From: Polyangiales bacterium
GTDB lineage: Bacteria; Myxococcota_A; Polyangia; Polyangiales; Polyangiaceae
Assembly (NCBI GenBank): GCA_038231275.1
Contig: JBBRLQ010000038.1
Location: 1 to 64,000 of the forward strand
Direction: 5' to 3'
Length of the DNA stretch: 64,000 nucleotides
Below are positions 20,416 to 29,519 of this stretch, in pieces. Numbering within the stretch: the first letter of the stretch is position 1; each line of letters starts with the position of its first letter. The notes beneath the pieces are model-generated. The model made no database searches, had not been told where the DNA came from, and was given only the letters and a program-made list of their open reading frames with translations. A program made the position numbers and the translations under genes.

Positions 20416-20938
20416 GACGGCGTCTCCATTCCGCGCGCATGCGCTCCAGCGCCCGCGACAGGCGCTTGCGAAAATTCGTCCCGGGCTCGCGCTCGCCGGC
20501 GAGCGCCTCCAAGATGGTCTCGGCGTCGGCGGGCCGAAGCGCGCCGAGCACGTCGCCCGCGGCCTCGACCAGCTCGCGCTCCATCGCCGTTTCTTCCGGC
20601 GTTGGCCCCGCGAACACGGTCTCGGCGGCGCCCGGCTCGAGCGACGACTCTCGCGATCGCGACCTCCGCCGACGCGTGGACCTGCACTCCCACGCTGCCA
20701 CGCCGAGCGTCCACGCCACCGCGTCGCGCGACGGATCAAGCTCCCCGATGCGCGCGAAGACGCGGACGAGCGCCTCTTGCGCGGTGTCGGCGGCGTCGGG
20801 CGCGCCGCCCAGCAGGCGCGCGCAGAAGCGATGCACGAGAGGCGAGACGCGCTCGAACGCCGGACGGAGCGCGGCCCTGTCGCCGTCGGCGAGACGGACG
20901 AGCAGATCGTGCACCGCGCGGCGTTCGCGGGCGTCCAC
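20408..20938 (-). CDS. ECF-type RNA polymerase sigma factor
   Basis: LADGDRAAL, DAADTAQEALVRVF, AWTLGVA (region 2); FRKRLSRALERMR (end of region 4). Confidence 0.85.
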   Translation of the reverse strand: MDARERRAVHDLLVRLADGDRAALRPAFERVSPLVHRFCARLLGGAPDAADTAQEALVRVFARIGELDPSRDAVAWTLGVAAWECRSTRRRRSRSRESSLEPGAAETVFAGPTPEETAMERELVEAAGDVLGALRPADAETILEALAGEREPGTNFRKRLSRALERMRAEWRRRHE

Positions 20939-20941
20939 GGA

Positions 20942-21061
20942 TCAGTGGCTACAGATCGGGCAGCCGCACGCGTCGTTCGGCGTGAGACCGCCGCTCGCGT
21001 AAGCGACGACGGGGACGAGCGCCAGCACCGAGACGACCGCGATGAGAACGTACTTTTTCAT
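20942..21061 (-). CDS. 39-aa secreted Cys-rich peptide MKKYVLIAVVSVLALVPVVAYASGGLTPNDACGCPICSH
   Basis: Not in the ORF track. GGAGG Shine-Dalgarno 7 nt before ATG, classic Sec signal with AYA cleavage site, stop 3 bp before the ECF start. Confidence 0.8.
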   Translation of the reverse strand: MKKYVLIAVVSVLALVPVVAYASGGLTPNDACGCPICSH

Positions 21062-21274
21062 TTTCGAGCCTCCACTCCATCTAGGCGCGGCCACGCCGAG
21101 CGTGACACCGAAGCTTGCCAGATGCCCTCGCGATCCATCGTCGGGAGGCGCGGGCCGAATCGCGGCGAGTCGCGATTTCGGACGACCCGGGTCGCGCCAG
21201 ATCCGCGCGCCTACGGAGTGACATTTTGCTTATTTTTCCGACCGTTGCGCGCTCCCGCCGACGTTTGCCCACAT

Positions 21275-21290
21275 TGGCACCCCCGTTGCA
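21275..21290 (+). promoter_or_regulatory. Sigma54 promoter motif
   Basis: TGGCAC-CCCCG-TTGCA, consensus match, 13 nt before the ATG at 21304. Confidence 0.75.
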
Positions 21291-21303
21291 AAAGTCCTTG
21301 GTC

Positions 21304-21999
21304 ATGAGGCACCTGTCGAACGCGTTTCTCCTCCTCCTTCCGCTCCTCACGCTCCACTGCGGCGGCGCGCCGGACAACCAAGAGCAGGCGCAGGTCTCCG
21401 CCGACGAGGCGGCCGTCACCGCGCAGCAACCCAACAACTTCCGCGAGCTCAAGACGAGCGAAGGAAGGTCGCAGGGCCTCTACGCCGGCGGCCATCCGCA
21501 CAAGGAGGGCGTCGCATACCTCGCCGACAAGGGCGTCCACACGGACCTGAGCCTGCAGACCGCCGAGGAGCTCGCGTTCTGGGATCACGAGGTCGACTGG
21601 GGGGCGTTCTTCCACTTCGAGAGCTCCGAGCACAAGTCCGTCACCGATCGCGGCATGGAGTACATCCGCAAGAGCTGGCTCGCGAGCCAGGTGAAGGACA
21701 TGGCCTACGTCGACGACGTGCTCGCCATCATGGCCGACCACTCGAAGCGTCCGCTCTACCTCCACTGCGAGTACGGCGCGGATCGCACCGGCGCTGTCAT
21801 CGCCATGCACCGCGTCGTCAACGAGGGCTGGGACGGCGCCGAGGCGTTCCACGAGTGGCGCGACAACACCGGACGCTGCGGCAAGTACCGCGCGCCCGAG
21901 GAGACGTTCAACGACAAGCTCGCCGAGATGTTCAAGAAGACCGGCGACCGTCGCTACGACTTCGCGATCAAGACGGCGCCCGCCTGCAGCAACCAGTAA
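21304..21999 (+). CDS. Exported Cys-dependent (PTP/dual-specificity-like) phosphatase, probable lipoprotein
   Basis: Signal peptide ending LTLHC; catalytic loop HCEYGADRTG (CX5R). Confidence 0.85.
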   Translation: MRHLSNAFLLLLPLLTLHCGGAPDNQEQAQVSADEAAVTAQQPNNFRELKTSEGRSQGLYAGGHPHKEGVAYLADKGVHTDLSLQTAEELAFWDHEVDWGAFFHFESSEHKSVTDRGMEYIRKSWLASQVKDMAYVDDVLAIMADHSKRPLYLHCEYGADRTGAVIAMHRVVNEGWDGAEAFHEWRDNTGRCGKYRAPEETFNDKLAEMFKKTGDRRYDFAIKTAPACSNQ

Positions 22000-22011
22000 C
22001 GCGCGCGAACC

Positions 22012-23727
22012 TCAGACGAGCGCCTTCTTCACGCGCTCGGCGATGACGCGCGCGGCGTCGGCCACCGGGACGAACTCGACCTTCTTCGGGTCGGGCTCGG
22101 TGCGCGGCTTCAGCTCAACGTTGCCGCCCGCGAGGCCCTTGCCGCCGATGGTCACGCGGAGCGGGAGGCCGATGAGATCGGCGTCCTTGAACTTTACGCC
22201 GGGGCGCTCGTCGCGATCGTCCCAGAGCACCTCGACACCTTGCGCCCAGAGCTCGTCGTAGAGCTTTTTCGCGGCGTCCTTGACGGCGTCGTCCTTGCCG
22301 AGGGTGACGAGCGCGACGTGGTACGGCGCGAGGCTCATCGGCCAGCGGATGCCGTCGGCGTCGTTGTGCTGCTCGATCGTCGCCGCGACGAGGCGCGAGA
22401 CGCCGATGCCGTAGCAGCCCATCACGATCGGCTTCTGCTCCTGCCCCTCGCCCGAGTAGAGCGCGCGCATCTTCTCGGAGTAGTGCGTCCCTAGGATGAA
22501 GATGTGCCCGGCCTCGATGCCGCGGTAGCTCTGGAGCTTGCCCTTCTCGCAGTTGGGGCAAATGTCGCCCGTGGCGGCGAGGCGGATGTCCGTGACCTCG
22601 CCCTCGAAATCGCGCGGGCGGTTCACGCCGGTGAAATGCGTGTCGGTCTTGTTGGCGCCGGTGACGCCGTTGACGACGACGGACGCCGCGCGATCGACCA
22701 GGATTTTGCCCTTGAAGCCGACGGGGCCCGCGAAGCCGACGTCCGCGCCGGTCGCCTTCTTCACCTCGGCCTCGCCCGCGAGGAACACTTCGCCGATTCC
22801 CAGCGCGCGTGCCAGGCGGATTTCGTTCACGTCGTGGTCGCCGCGCACCACCGCCATGACGACGTCTTCGCCTGCGACGTAGAGCAGGCTCTTCAGCATC
22901 TTGTCCTTCGTGACCTTGAGGAAGGCGGTGACCTCGTCGATGGTGCCGTGCTTGGGCGTATGCACCTCGGCGCGCGCCTCCGCCGTGCCGCCGGTCGCCG
23001 CGGGAGGGGCCTTGACGGTCGCGACCTCGACGTTCGCCGCGTAGTCGCAGCTGTCGCACGCGACGATCGCGTCCTCGCCGCTGTCGGCCAAGACCTGGAA
23101 CTCCGCGCTCGTCGAGCCGCCCATCGCGCCGGAGTCGGCGGCGACGAGGCGGTAGGTGAGGCCCATGCGATCGAAGATGCGGCAGTACGCGACGCGCATC
23201 TTCTCGTAGCTCGCCTTCGCGCCGACCTCGTCGACGTCGAACGAGTACGCGTCCTTCATCACGAACTCGCGGCAGCGCAGGAGCCCCCCGCGCGGGCGCG
23301 GCTCGTCGCGGTACTTCGACTGAACCTGGTAGAGGTTCTTCGGCATGTCGCGGTAGCTCTTGATCTCGCGCCGCGCGATGTCGGTGACGATCTCTTCGTG
23401 GGTCGGGCCGAGGTGGAACTCGGTGCCCTTGCGATCCTTCAGGCGGAAGAGCGTGTCGCCGAAGCGGTCCCAGCGTCCGGTCTCCTTGAAGTACTCGGCG
23501 GGGAGGAGCGCGGGCATCAGGATCTCGAGGGCGCCGGCGTGGTCCATCTCATGACGCACGATCGACTCGACCTTGCGAAGGACGCGGAGGCCGAGCGGGA
23601 GAAAATCGTACATGCCGGCGCCGACGCGGCGGATGAAGCCGGCGCGCGTCAGCATCACGTGGCTGACGTTCGCCGCGTCCTGGGGGGCCTCTTTTACCGT
23701 GGGGATCAGCGCGCGCGTGAAGAGCAT
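22012..23727 (-). CDS. proS: Proline--tRNA ligase
   Basis: LGPTHEE, RDEPRPRGGLLRCREFVMKDAYSF, editing insertion, MGCYGIGVSR, anticodon domain DDRDERPGVKFKDADLIG. Confidence 0.97.
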   Translation of the reverse strand: MLFTRALIPTVKEAPQDAANVSHVMLTRAGFIRRVGAGMYDFLPLGLRVLRKVESIVRHEMDHAGALEILMPALLPAEYFKETGRWDRFGDTLFRLKDRKGTEFHLGPTHEEIVTDIARREIKSYRDMPKNLYQVQSKYRDEPRPRGGLLRCREFVMKDAYSFDVDEVGAKASYEKMRVAYCRIFDRMGLTYRLVAADSGAMGGSTSAEFQVLADSGEDAIVACDSCDYAANVEVATVKAPPAATGGTAEARAEVHTPKHGTIDEVTAFLKVTKDKMLKSLLYVAGEDVVMAVVRGDHDVNEIRLARALGIGEVFLAGEAEVKKATGADVGFAGPVGFKGKILVDRAASVVVNGVTGANKTDTHFTGVNRPRDFEGEVTDIRLAATGDICPNCEKGKLQSYRGIEAGHIFILGTHYSEKMRALYSGEGQEQKPIVMGCYGIGVSRLVAATIEQHNDADGIRWPMSLAPYHVALVTLGKDDAVKDAAKKLYDELWAQGVEVLWDDRDERPGVKFKDADLIGLPLRVTIGGKGLAGGNVELKPRTEPDPKKVEFVPVADAARVIAERVKKALV

Positions 23728-23793
23728 GCGCCCGATTACCACAGCCCGAGCCGGCCGGCGACCTCGGGTCGACGACGCCTGCCTCGACTGCGC

Positions 23794-26457
23794 TTAGTTG
23801 ACGGTGAGCGTGACAGGGACGCGCAGCTCCGGGACCAACGCGAGAACGTCGCGGATCACCACCGTCGCCGTGTGCGGTCCCGCGGCGAGCCCGTCGAGGG
23901 TCGCCGTCAGCGTGTGGGTCGTCTGCATCAGCCCCGAGACGCGCCCACTCGCGATCGAGACCGCCAGCCACGGCGCGCCTTCGACCGACACCGTGTAGTC
24001 GAGGATGCTGCCGGCTACCTCTCCGTTCTTCACGGCGAGGGTCGCGGTCACCGGCGCGCTGGCGGCGGCGGCGGCCATCGCGACGGCGGGGACGTCGCTC
24101 ACGATCTTGGGCTCGAGCGGCAGCTCCCATGCGCTGCGGCCGTGCGTTCCGACGAAGAGCTTGCTGTCGCGCTCGTGGAAAACGAGGGCGTAGGCCGCCA
24201 CGTTCGGAAGGCCGCTTCCGAGGATTTGCCACGACGCGCCGCCGTCCAACGTGGCGAGGACGCCGAGGTCGGTGCCCGCGTAGATGATGCTCGGGTTCTG
24301 CGGATGGACCACGAGCGTGTTGACCGGAAGGTCCAACGGCTCGGCGGCTGCGTCGAACCGTGTCCACGTGGCGCCCGCGTCGTTCGAGCGGAAGACGTGA
24401 CCGCGCGCGCTCGGCGTCGCGTCACCGAAGCCGGAGAACGAGACGTAGACGATCTTCGGATCGTCGGCCTGGACCGCGATCTGCGTGATCCAGCGCCGCG
24501 GCAGCGGATCGTGCGTCACGTCCGCCCACGTCGCGCCGCCGTCAGGGCTCGTGAACACGTGGCCGCCGGAGCTGCCCGCATAGAGGCGCTGCGAGCCGCG
24601 CGCGACGCCGAGCGCCGTGAGGAACGAGCCGCTGTTGCAGGTGTCGGCGTCGCTGTCGACCGCGAGCTTGGGGCTGATGGCCTCCCACGAGCCGTCCTTG
24701 CCGCCGTTCACCGAGCGGTACACGCGCGCGGTCGCCGAGTACACGGTCGTCGGCGTAGCGGAATCTTGCTCGAGGATCGTCACGAAGCTCTCGTCGCCGT
24801 CTTGCCCCTGATCGAACGGCAGCTCGACACGCGCCTTGACGCCGTCCTCACCGGTGCGCACGAACGAGCCGTATTGCGCGGAGGTGAGCACGAAGCGCTT
24901 CGCGCGCTCTGGGTCCTTCAGGTTGACGAGGCACGCCGCGCCGTCGCCGGGGCCGACCTGGTTCCACACGGTGGAGCCCGGAAAGCCGGAGATTTGTGCG
25001 GTCCCGTTGTCTTGCATTCCACCGAGCATCACGGTGCTGTCGTTCGGGTCGACGCACAGGTGATAGAACTGGTTGGTCGCGAGGCCTTCGTTGCGACGAT
25101 TCCAGTGGAGGCCCTGATCGTCGGTCTGCGCGACGCCGCCGTCGGACGCGACGAAGAAGACGCGCGGGTTGGTCGGATCGAACGCGATGGCGTGCACGTC
25201 GGGGTGCACGAGCGCCGTGGTCCATACGAGCTGGGGCTTCTGGCAGTTGCCGCCGGGGATCGTGAGGGCCGCGACCTTTGGCGTGGCCGTCGACGCGGCC
25301 GAGAGCTTTTGGACCGAGCAAAGGCTCCCCCCGAGGTACACGGCGTCGTCGTCCGTCGGATCGACTTCGACGACGTTGTCGTACCAGCATTGGCCCTTGC
25401 AGTAGGTCGGCGCGTTGGGGACGGCCGCCCAGGTGACGCCGCCGTCGACCGAGCGGAGCACGCCGGCCTCGCCTCCCGCGTATACGACCAGCGGGTTGGT
25501 CTTGCCGCGCGCCAGCTCGATGCGCATGCCGAGGTCCGCAGGCAGTACGACGGGCGCCTGGCTCGCGTCCGCCTCGTCGAACGTCACGATGCCTTTTTCG
25601 AGGAGGGACACGAGCATGCGCGTGGCGCCGGGCGTCGGATCGAGCTCGACGTCGACCGCCGCGCCCTTGACGAGGTTCGCCCACGTGAGTCCGCCGTCGG
25701 TGGACTTGAAGAGCCCCGCCGCCGCCGTGGACGCCGAGCCGCACCCTCCGCTGCCGCTCTTCCCGGTCGTGGTCGTCACGTAGACCGCGCCGCGTCCGAG
25801 GAGGACCTTCGAGATCGCCGCGCCCGCGAGCTCCGACGCGCCGAGCGTCGCCCACGTCTTGCCGCCATCGAGGCTCTTCAGAAGGCCACGGCCGAAGTAC
25901 GCGTCGCCGGAGAGCGAGCTCTCGCCGGTGCCCGCATACACGGTGTCGGGAGCCGCCGGATCGATCGCGAGGGCGCCGACGGCCATCGAGGCCATCGCGT
26001 CGGTGAGCGGCCTCCAGCTTCCGCCGCCGTCGTCGGAGCGCCACACGCCACCCATCGCGGTCCCGAGGTAGACGATGCTTGGCTGCGTCGGGTGAATCGC
26101 GAGCGCCGTCGCACGTCCGGATCCGGGGCCCGCGTTCGGCAGCTGGCCGCCGGTCATGTCGAGCGGCGCGGGGCCGACGAGCTTCCACCTTCCATCCGGG
26201 GCGATGTGTTGCTGCGAGACCAACGAGAGCCACTGGTCGGCCGCAGCTCCGAGCGCCCCCGGAGGCACCGCCGCCGATGGAAACGCGCGCTGCGCCATGA
26301 AGTACGCGCCGGGCGCCGAAGGGTCGTCCTTCTCCTTCGCGGCGCGACCGCTCGCGGCGACGTCCTCCTCAGTCGAGTCGGTGTCGGCGCCATGGGAGCC
26401 GCACGCCGCGATGGACGAAGCACAGACGAGCAAGAGCGCCGCGCGAAGCTTTGCCAT
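23794..26457 (-). CDS. Exported BNR/Asp-box beta-propeller protein (glycosyl hydrolase/VPS10-like) with a C-terminal Ig/BACON-like domain
   Basis: Lipobox IAAC; many SxDGGxxW repeats; HPDVHAI; GTHGRSAW. Confidence 0.85.
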   Translation of the reverse strand: MAKLRAALLLVCASSIAACGSHGADTDSTEEDVAASGRAAKEKDDPSAPGAYFMAQRAFPSAAVPPGALGAAADQWLSLVSQQHIAPDGRWKLVGPAPLDMTGGQLPNAGPGSGRATALAIHPTQPSIVYLGTAMGGVWRSDDGGGSWRPLTDAMASMAVGALAIDPAAPDTVYAGTGESSLSGDAYFGRGLLKSLDGGKTWATLGASELAGAAISKVLLGRGAVYVTTTTGKSGSGGCGSASTAAAGLFKSTDGGLTWANLVKGAAVDVELDPTPGATRMLVSLLEKGIVTFDEADASQAPVVLPADLGMRIELARGKTNPLVVYAGGEAGVLRSVDGGVTWAAVPNAPTYCKGQCWYDNVVEVDPTDDDAVYLGGSLCSVQKLSAASTATPKVAALTIPGGNCQKPQLVWTTALVHPDVHAIAFDPTNPRVFFVASDGGVAQTDDQGLHWNRRNEGLATNQFYHLCVDPNDSTVMLGGMQDNGTAQISGFPGSTVWNQVGPGDGAACLVNLKDPERAKRFVLTSAQYGSFVRTGEDGVKARVELPFDQGQDGDESFVTILEQDSATPTTVYSATARVYRSVNGGKDGSWEAISPKLAVDSDADTCNSGSFLTALGVARGSQRLYAGSSGGHVFTSPDGGATWADVTHDPLPRRWITQIAVQADDPKIVYVSFSGFGDATPSARGHVFRSNDAGATWTRFDAAAEPLDLPVNTLVVHPQNPSIIYAGTDLGVLATLDGGASWQILGSGLPNVAAYALVFHERDSKLFVGTHGRSAWELPLEPKIVSDVPAVAMAAAAASAPVTATLAVKNGEVAGSILDYTVSVEGAPWLAVSIASGRVSGLMQTTHTLTATLDGLAAGPHTATVVIRDVLALVPELRVPVTLTVN

Positions 26458-26474
26458 AAGGGTGCATACGCCTC

Positions 26475-26490
26475 AGCAAGACGAATGCCA
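26475..26490 (-). promoter_or_regulatory. Sigma54 promoter motif
   Basis: Minus strand TGGCAT-TCGTC-TTGCT, 17 nt before the ATG at 26457; AT-richer tract upstream. Confidence 0.7.
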
Positions 26491-26585
26491 CCCTGGATCA
26501 CCTGTAAGTAGGCGTAGGTTTATGTAAGGATGTGAACTTGGCGATGTTCAATGGATCCGCCGGGATCCGACCTGGGCCGGCAAGG

Positions 26586-28370
26586 TCAGTCGCCGAACAT
26601 CTCTCGCGCGACGAGGCCCACGGGAATCGTCCCGTGGGAGAGGACGTCGGCGTGGAAGGCACGAAGCGTGTACTTTGCACCCTCCCGCTGCTTGTAGCGA
26701 TCGCGCATGCGGAAGATGGCCTCGCGCCCGACGATGTACGAGAGCGGCTGCGTCGGCGTCATCGTGTAGCGCTTCACCTCGCCGACAGCGACGACGCGCT
26801 CGAGGTGCACGCGGTCGGTCAGCATCTTCACCGCGTCCTCGAACGTCATGCCCTTCGTGTGGAGACCGACGTCGATGACGACGCGCGCGGCGCGCACGAG
26901 CGTCCATTCGAGCTGCATGAGGCGCTCTTCGTCGGTGTAGTAGCCGAGCTCGTTCATGAGCTCTTCGGAGTAGAGGCCCCACCCTTCGGAGAACGTCGGC
27001 GCGTCCCACAGCTTGCGGATCGTCGACGGGTGGCGGCGACCGAACGACGTCTGGAGATGATGGCCGGGGTACGCCTCGTGCACGGTGGTGTCGACCTGAT
27101 CGCCGTGATCGTTCTCGCGCAGCATCTCCTCTTGCTTGGCCTTGGAGAGCGACGCGTCGACCGGCGTGACGAAGAAGAAGCCCTTCGTGGTGGGATCGAA
27201 CGGCGGCGACTGATCGTACGCGGCGGTGGTGGTGCTGCGGAGGAAGACCGGCGTCTCGATGACCTCGCAGTCATCGCCGGGCGGGAACGGCACCGCGTCC
27301 TTCTCGACGAGGAACGCCCGGGCGCGCGCGAGCTCATGCCTGTACGACGCGAGGAGGTTCGCGGCGGTGGGGTGGTTGCCCTTCACGCGGAGGACGACGT
27401 CGGCCCAGCTCTTGGCCTTCGGATCGATGCGCTTCGCGGTCTCGCCGAGCTGCGTCTCGGTGCGGGCGAGGATTTTTTCGCCGAGGGCGAGGACGGCGTC
27501 GGTGTCCTCGTCGAGGAAGTGGCTGCGGTGGAGGAGAAAGTCGAACGTGGCGCGCCCCGCCGCGAAATTCCCGGTGGAGCGCGGCAGGATCTCCTTCTCG
27601 AGGAACGTCGTGTAGTCGGCGTAGGCCTTCTGCGCGGTCGCGATCGCGGCGTCGACGCGCTTCTTCTCGGCAGGGAGGCCGGCCATGAGCGGCGCGCGCT
27701 GCTCCTCGAAGAACGCCTTCGCACCTTGGGCCATGTCGATGCCCACCTGCGTCCAGACCTTGGGAGGGTTCTTCAGGTTTGCTTTGGCGGCGGCGATCGT
27801 CGCGGGCAATTTTTCCATTCGCTCGAGAGCGTGGGTCGCGCGCTCCGACGCGGGCGCATAGTCACGCGCCGTCATGATGAAGAGCGCGGACATCGGGTTC
27901 GCGTAGTACGCGGGGTTTCGCTCGTGCGGGCGCATCTCGGCCCACGTTCGCTCTTCGACTTCGAGCGTCGCTTCGAGGAGATCGAGATCGGTCCGCGCGG
28001 GGCGCGAGAGGTTGGGGTTCTGCTTCAGCTTGCGGACGCCCTCCAAAACGATCGCGCGCGCCTTTCGCGCCGTCTCGATGCCGGCTGCCGTGCGATCGTC
28101 GAGCACGCCGTCGCGCGCGTGCAGGCCGAGGGTCGTCGCGGTCTCCGGCTCCGTCGTCAGCAGCACGTCGAGGTACGCGCGCGCGAGCTCCTCGACGAGC
28201 GCGTCCTCCCGAGGCGGGGCGGCGGGGATCGCGACCGGAGCGACCGTGGCCGCGGTGCTCGACGGCGGCATCGCGCTCGTCGGAGGAGGGAGCTGCGGCG
28301 GCGGCGGCGACGCGCAGGAGGCGAAGACGAGGACGAGGACCAGGGGAGCGAGGATCGTGGGCGCGCGCAC
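26586..28370 (-). CDS. DUF885 family lipoprotein (metallopeptidase-like)
   Basis: Lipobox FASC; HEAYPGHH, FSEGWGLYSE, RAARVVIDVGLH, PTQPLSY. Confidence 0.9.
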   Translation of the reverse strand: MRAPTILAPLVLVLVFASCASPPPPQLPPPTSAMPPSSTAATVAPVAIPAAPPREDALVEELARAYLDVLLTTEPETATTLGLHARDGVLDDRTAAGIETARKARAIVLEGVRKLKQNPNLSRPARTDLDLLEATLEVEERTWAEMRPHERNPAYYANPMSALFIMTARDYAPASERATHALERMEKLPATIAAAKANLKNPPKVWTQVGIDMAQGAKAFFEEQRAPLMAGLPAEKKRVDAAIATAQKAYADYTTFLEKEILPRSTGNFAAGRATFDFLLHRSHFLDEDTDAVLALGEKILARTETQLGETAKRIDPKAKSWADVVLRVKGNHPTAANLLASYRHELARARAFLVEKDAVPFPPGDDCEVIETPVFLRSTTTAAYDQSPPFDPTTKGFFFVTPVDASLSKAKQEEMLRENDHGDQVDTTVHEAYPGHHLQTSFGRRHPSTIRKLWDAPTFSEGWGLYSEELMNELGYYTDEERLMQLEWTLVRAARVVIDVGLHTKGMTFEDAVKMLTDRVHLERVVAVGEVKRYTMTPTQPLSYIVGREAIFRMRDRYKQREGAKYTLRAFHADVLSHGTIPVGLVAREMFGD

Positions 28371-28384
28371 GCCTCACCATAAAT

Positions 28385-29500
28385 TCAGGTCAGCGCCGCG
28401 TCCACCGTCGCGCGGAAATACCGTGCGGCGAGGTCGACCGTGCGCGCCGAGCTCTCCGGGGTCGGGCCGAGCGGAGGGGCCACCTCGACGACGTCCCCAC
28501 CGACGAGGCCCACGTCGCGCCCGAGGCGCGCGATGAGCTCCATCACGAAGTCCGGCGAGAGGCCGTCCGGCTCCGGAGTTCCGGTCGCGTCGGCCCACGC
28601 GCTGTCGGTGCCGTCGATGTCGTTCGAAAAGTAGACGCCGGAGACGCCGGTGCTCTTCACGTGCGCGACGATCGCGTCGAGCGAGGCGCGCGGATCCTTG
28701 CGGCAGTCCTCCGCCCAGAACTGCCGGACGCCGAGGCGCGACTCCCAGTACGCCCGCTCGTGGCGCGTGGCGCGGATGCCGACCTGCACCATGCGACCGC
28801 CGCGGCCGATGAGATCGTTGGCGTGGAACGACCACGTCGCGAAGCAGTAGCGGACGCCGAGGCGCTCTTCGAGGAGATCGGTGTGCGCGTCGGGCTGGAC
28901 AATTCCGAACCGCTCGCCCCGCTTCGCGAACGCGCGCGCGAGGGCCGCCGAGACGGGCCACGCGACCGAGTGATCGCCGCCGAGGATGAACGGCTTCACC
29001 TTCGGATTGAGCTGAAAAATCAGGTCGAGCGCGCGCTCGGCGATCGACAGCGGCGACACCGGGAGGCGCGCGGCGACGTCCTTGGGGACGCCCGGGTAGA
29101 TGGCGTTGCGCGTCGCGGTCTTCTGCGACTCGGCGAGCATGTCGTCGTGGAGGAGCTGCGGGACGACGAACACGTCGCCGAGATCGACGAGGCCGAGCGC
29201 GCGCGCGTGGGCGGGCCACTCGGGATCGGCGGCGACGAGCGCGGTGCGGATCGCCTGCGGCCCGAGGTTCGCGCCGCGACGGAAGCCGGCGCCGACGTCG
29301 GAGGGAACCGCGAGGACGACGCCGCGCGCGGTCGGGATGCTGGCGAGCGCTGCGGCGAATTTCGCGGCGACGTCTTCCTCGCTCGACGCGCCGTAGATTT
29401 TTCGCTGGAGCGCGAGCTGCTCCGCGCGCCCGGTGGAGACCAGGTAGAGGCCGCCGCCGGCCGGCTTGAGGAGGAGGCCGAGCTCTTCCAGGGGCTGCAT
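28385..29500 (-). CDS. Ureohydrolase (agmatinase/arginase family)
   Basis: GANLGPQAIR, LGGDHS, DAHTD, DIDGTD, DVVEVAP metal-binding motifs. Confidence 0.9.
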   Translation of the reverse strand: MQPLEELGLLLKPAGGGLYLVSTGRAEQLALQRKIYGASSEEDVAAKFAAALASIPTARGVVLAVPSDVGAGFRRGANLGPQAIRTALVAADPEWPAHARALGLVDLGDVFVVPQLLHDDMLAESQKTATRNAIYPGVPKDVAARLPVSPLSIAERALDLIFQLNPKVKPFILGGDHSVAWPVSAALARAFAKRGERFGIVQPDAHTDLLEERLGVRYCFATWSFHANDLIGRGGRMVQVGIRATRHERAYWESRLGVRQFWAEDCRKDPRASLDAIVAHVKSTGVSGVYFSNDIDGTDSAWADATGTPEPDGLSPDFVMELIARLGRDVGLVGGDVVEVAPPLGPTPESSARTVDLAARYFRATVDAALT

Positions 29501-29519
29501 GCCACCTACCTTACTCGAC

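Noticed and set aside
18344..21061. RiPP cluster made of the micropeptide plus the methyltransferase
   Set aside because: The genes are convergent, the peptide has a Sec signal rather than a RiPP leader, and no maturase or transporter is present.
21062..21120. Autoregulatory ECF promoter (TGTCAC on the minus strand) for the peptide operon
   Set aside because: A plausible -35 element, but no convincing -10 at the expected spacing; cannot be supported by eye.
22504..26511. 1335-aa plus-strand ORF, and similar long ORFs such as 32832-35579, 50329-52911, 43118-45304 and 14286-16109
   Set aside because: Antisense shadows of well-supported genes. Stop codons are rare in high-GC DNA, and the translations have no recognisable motifs.
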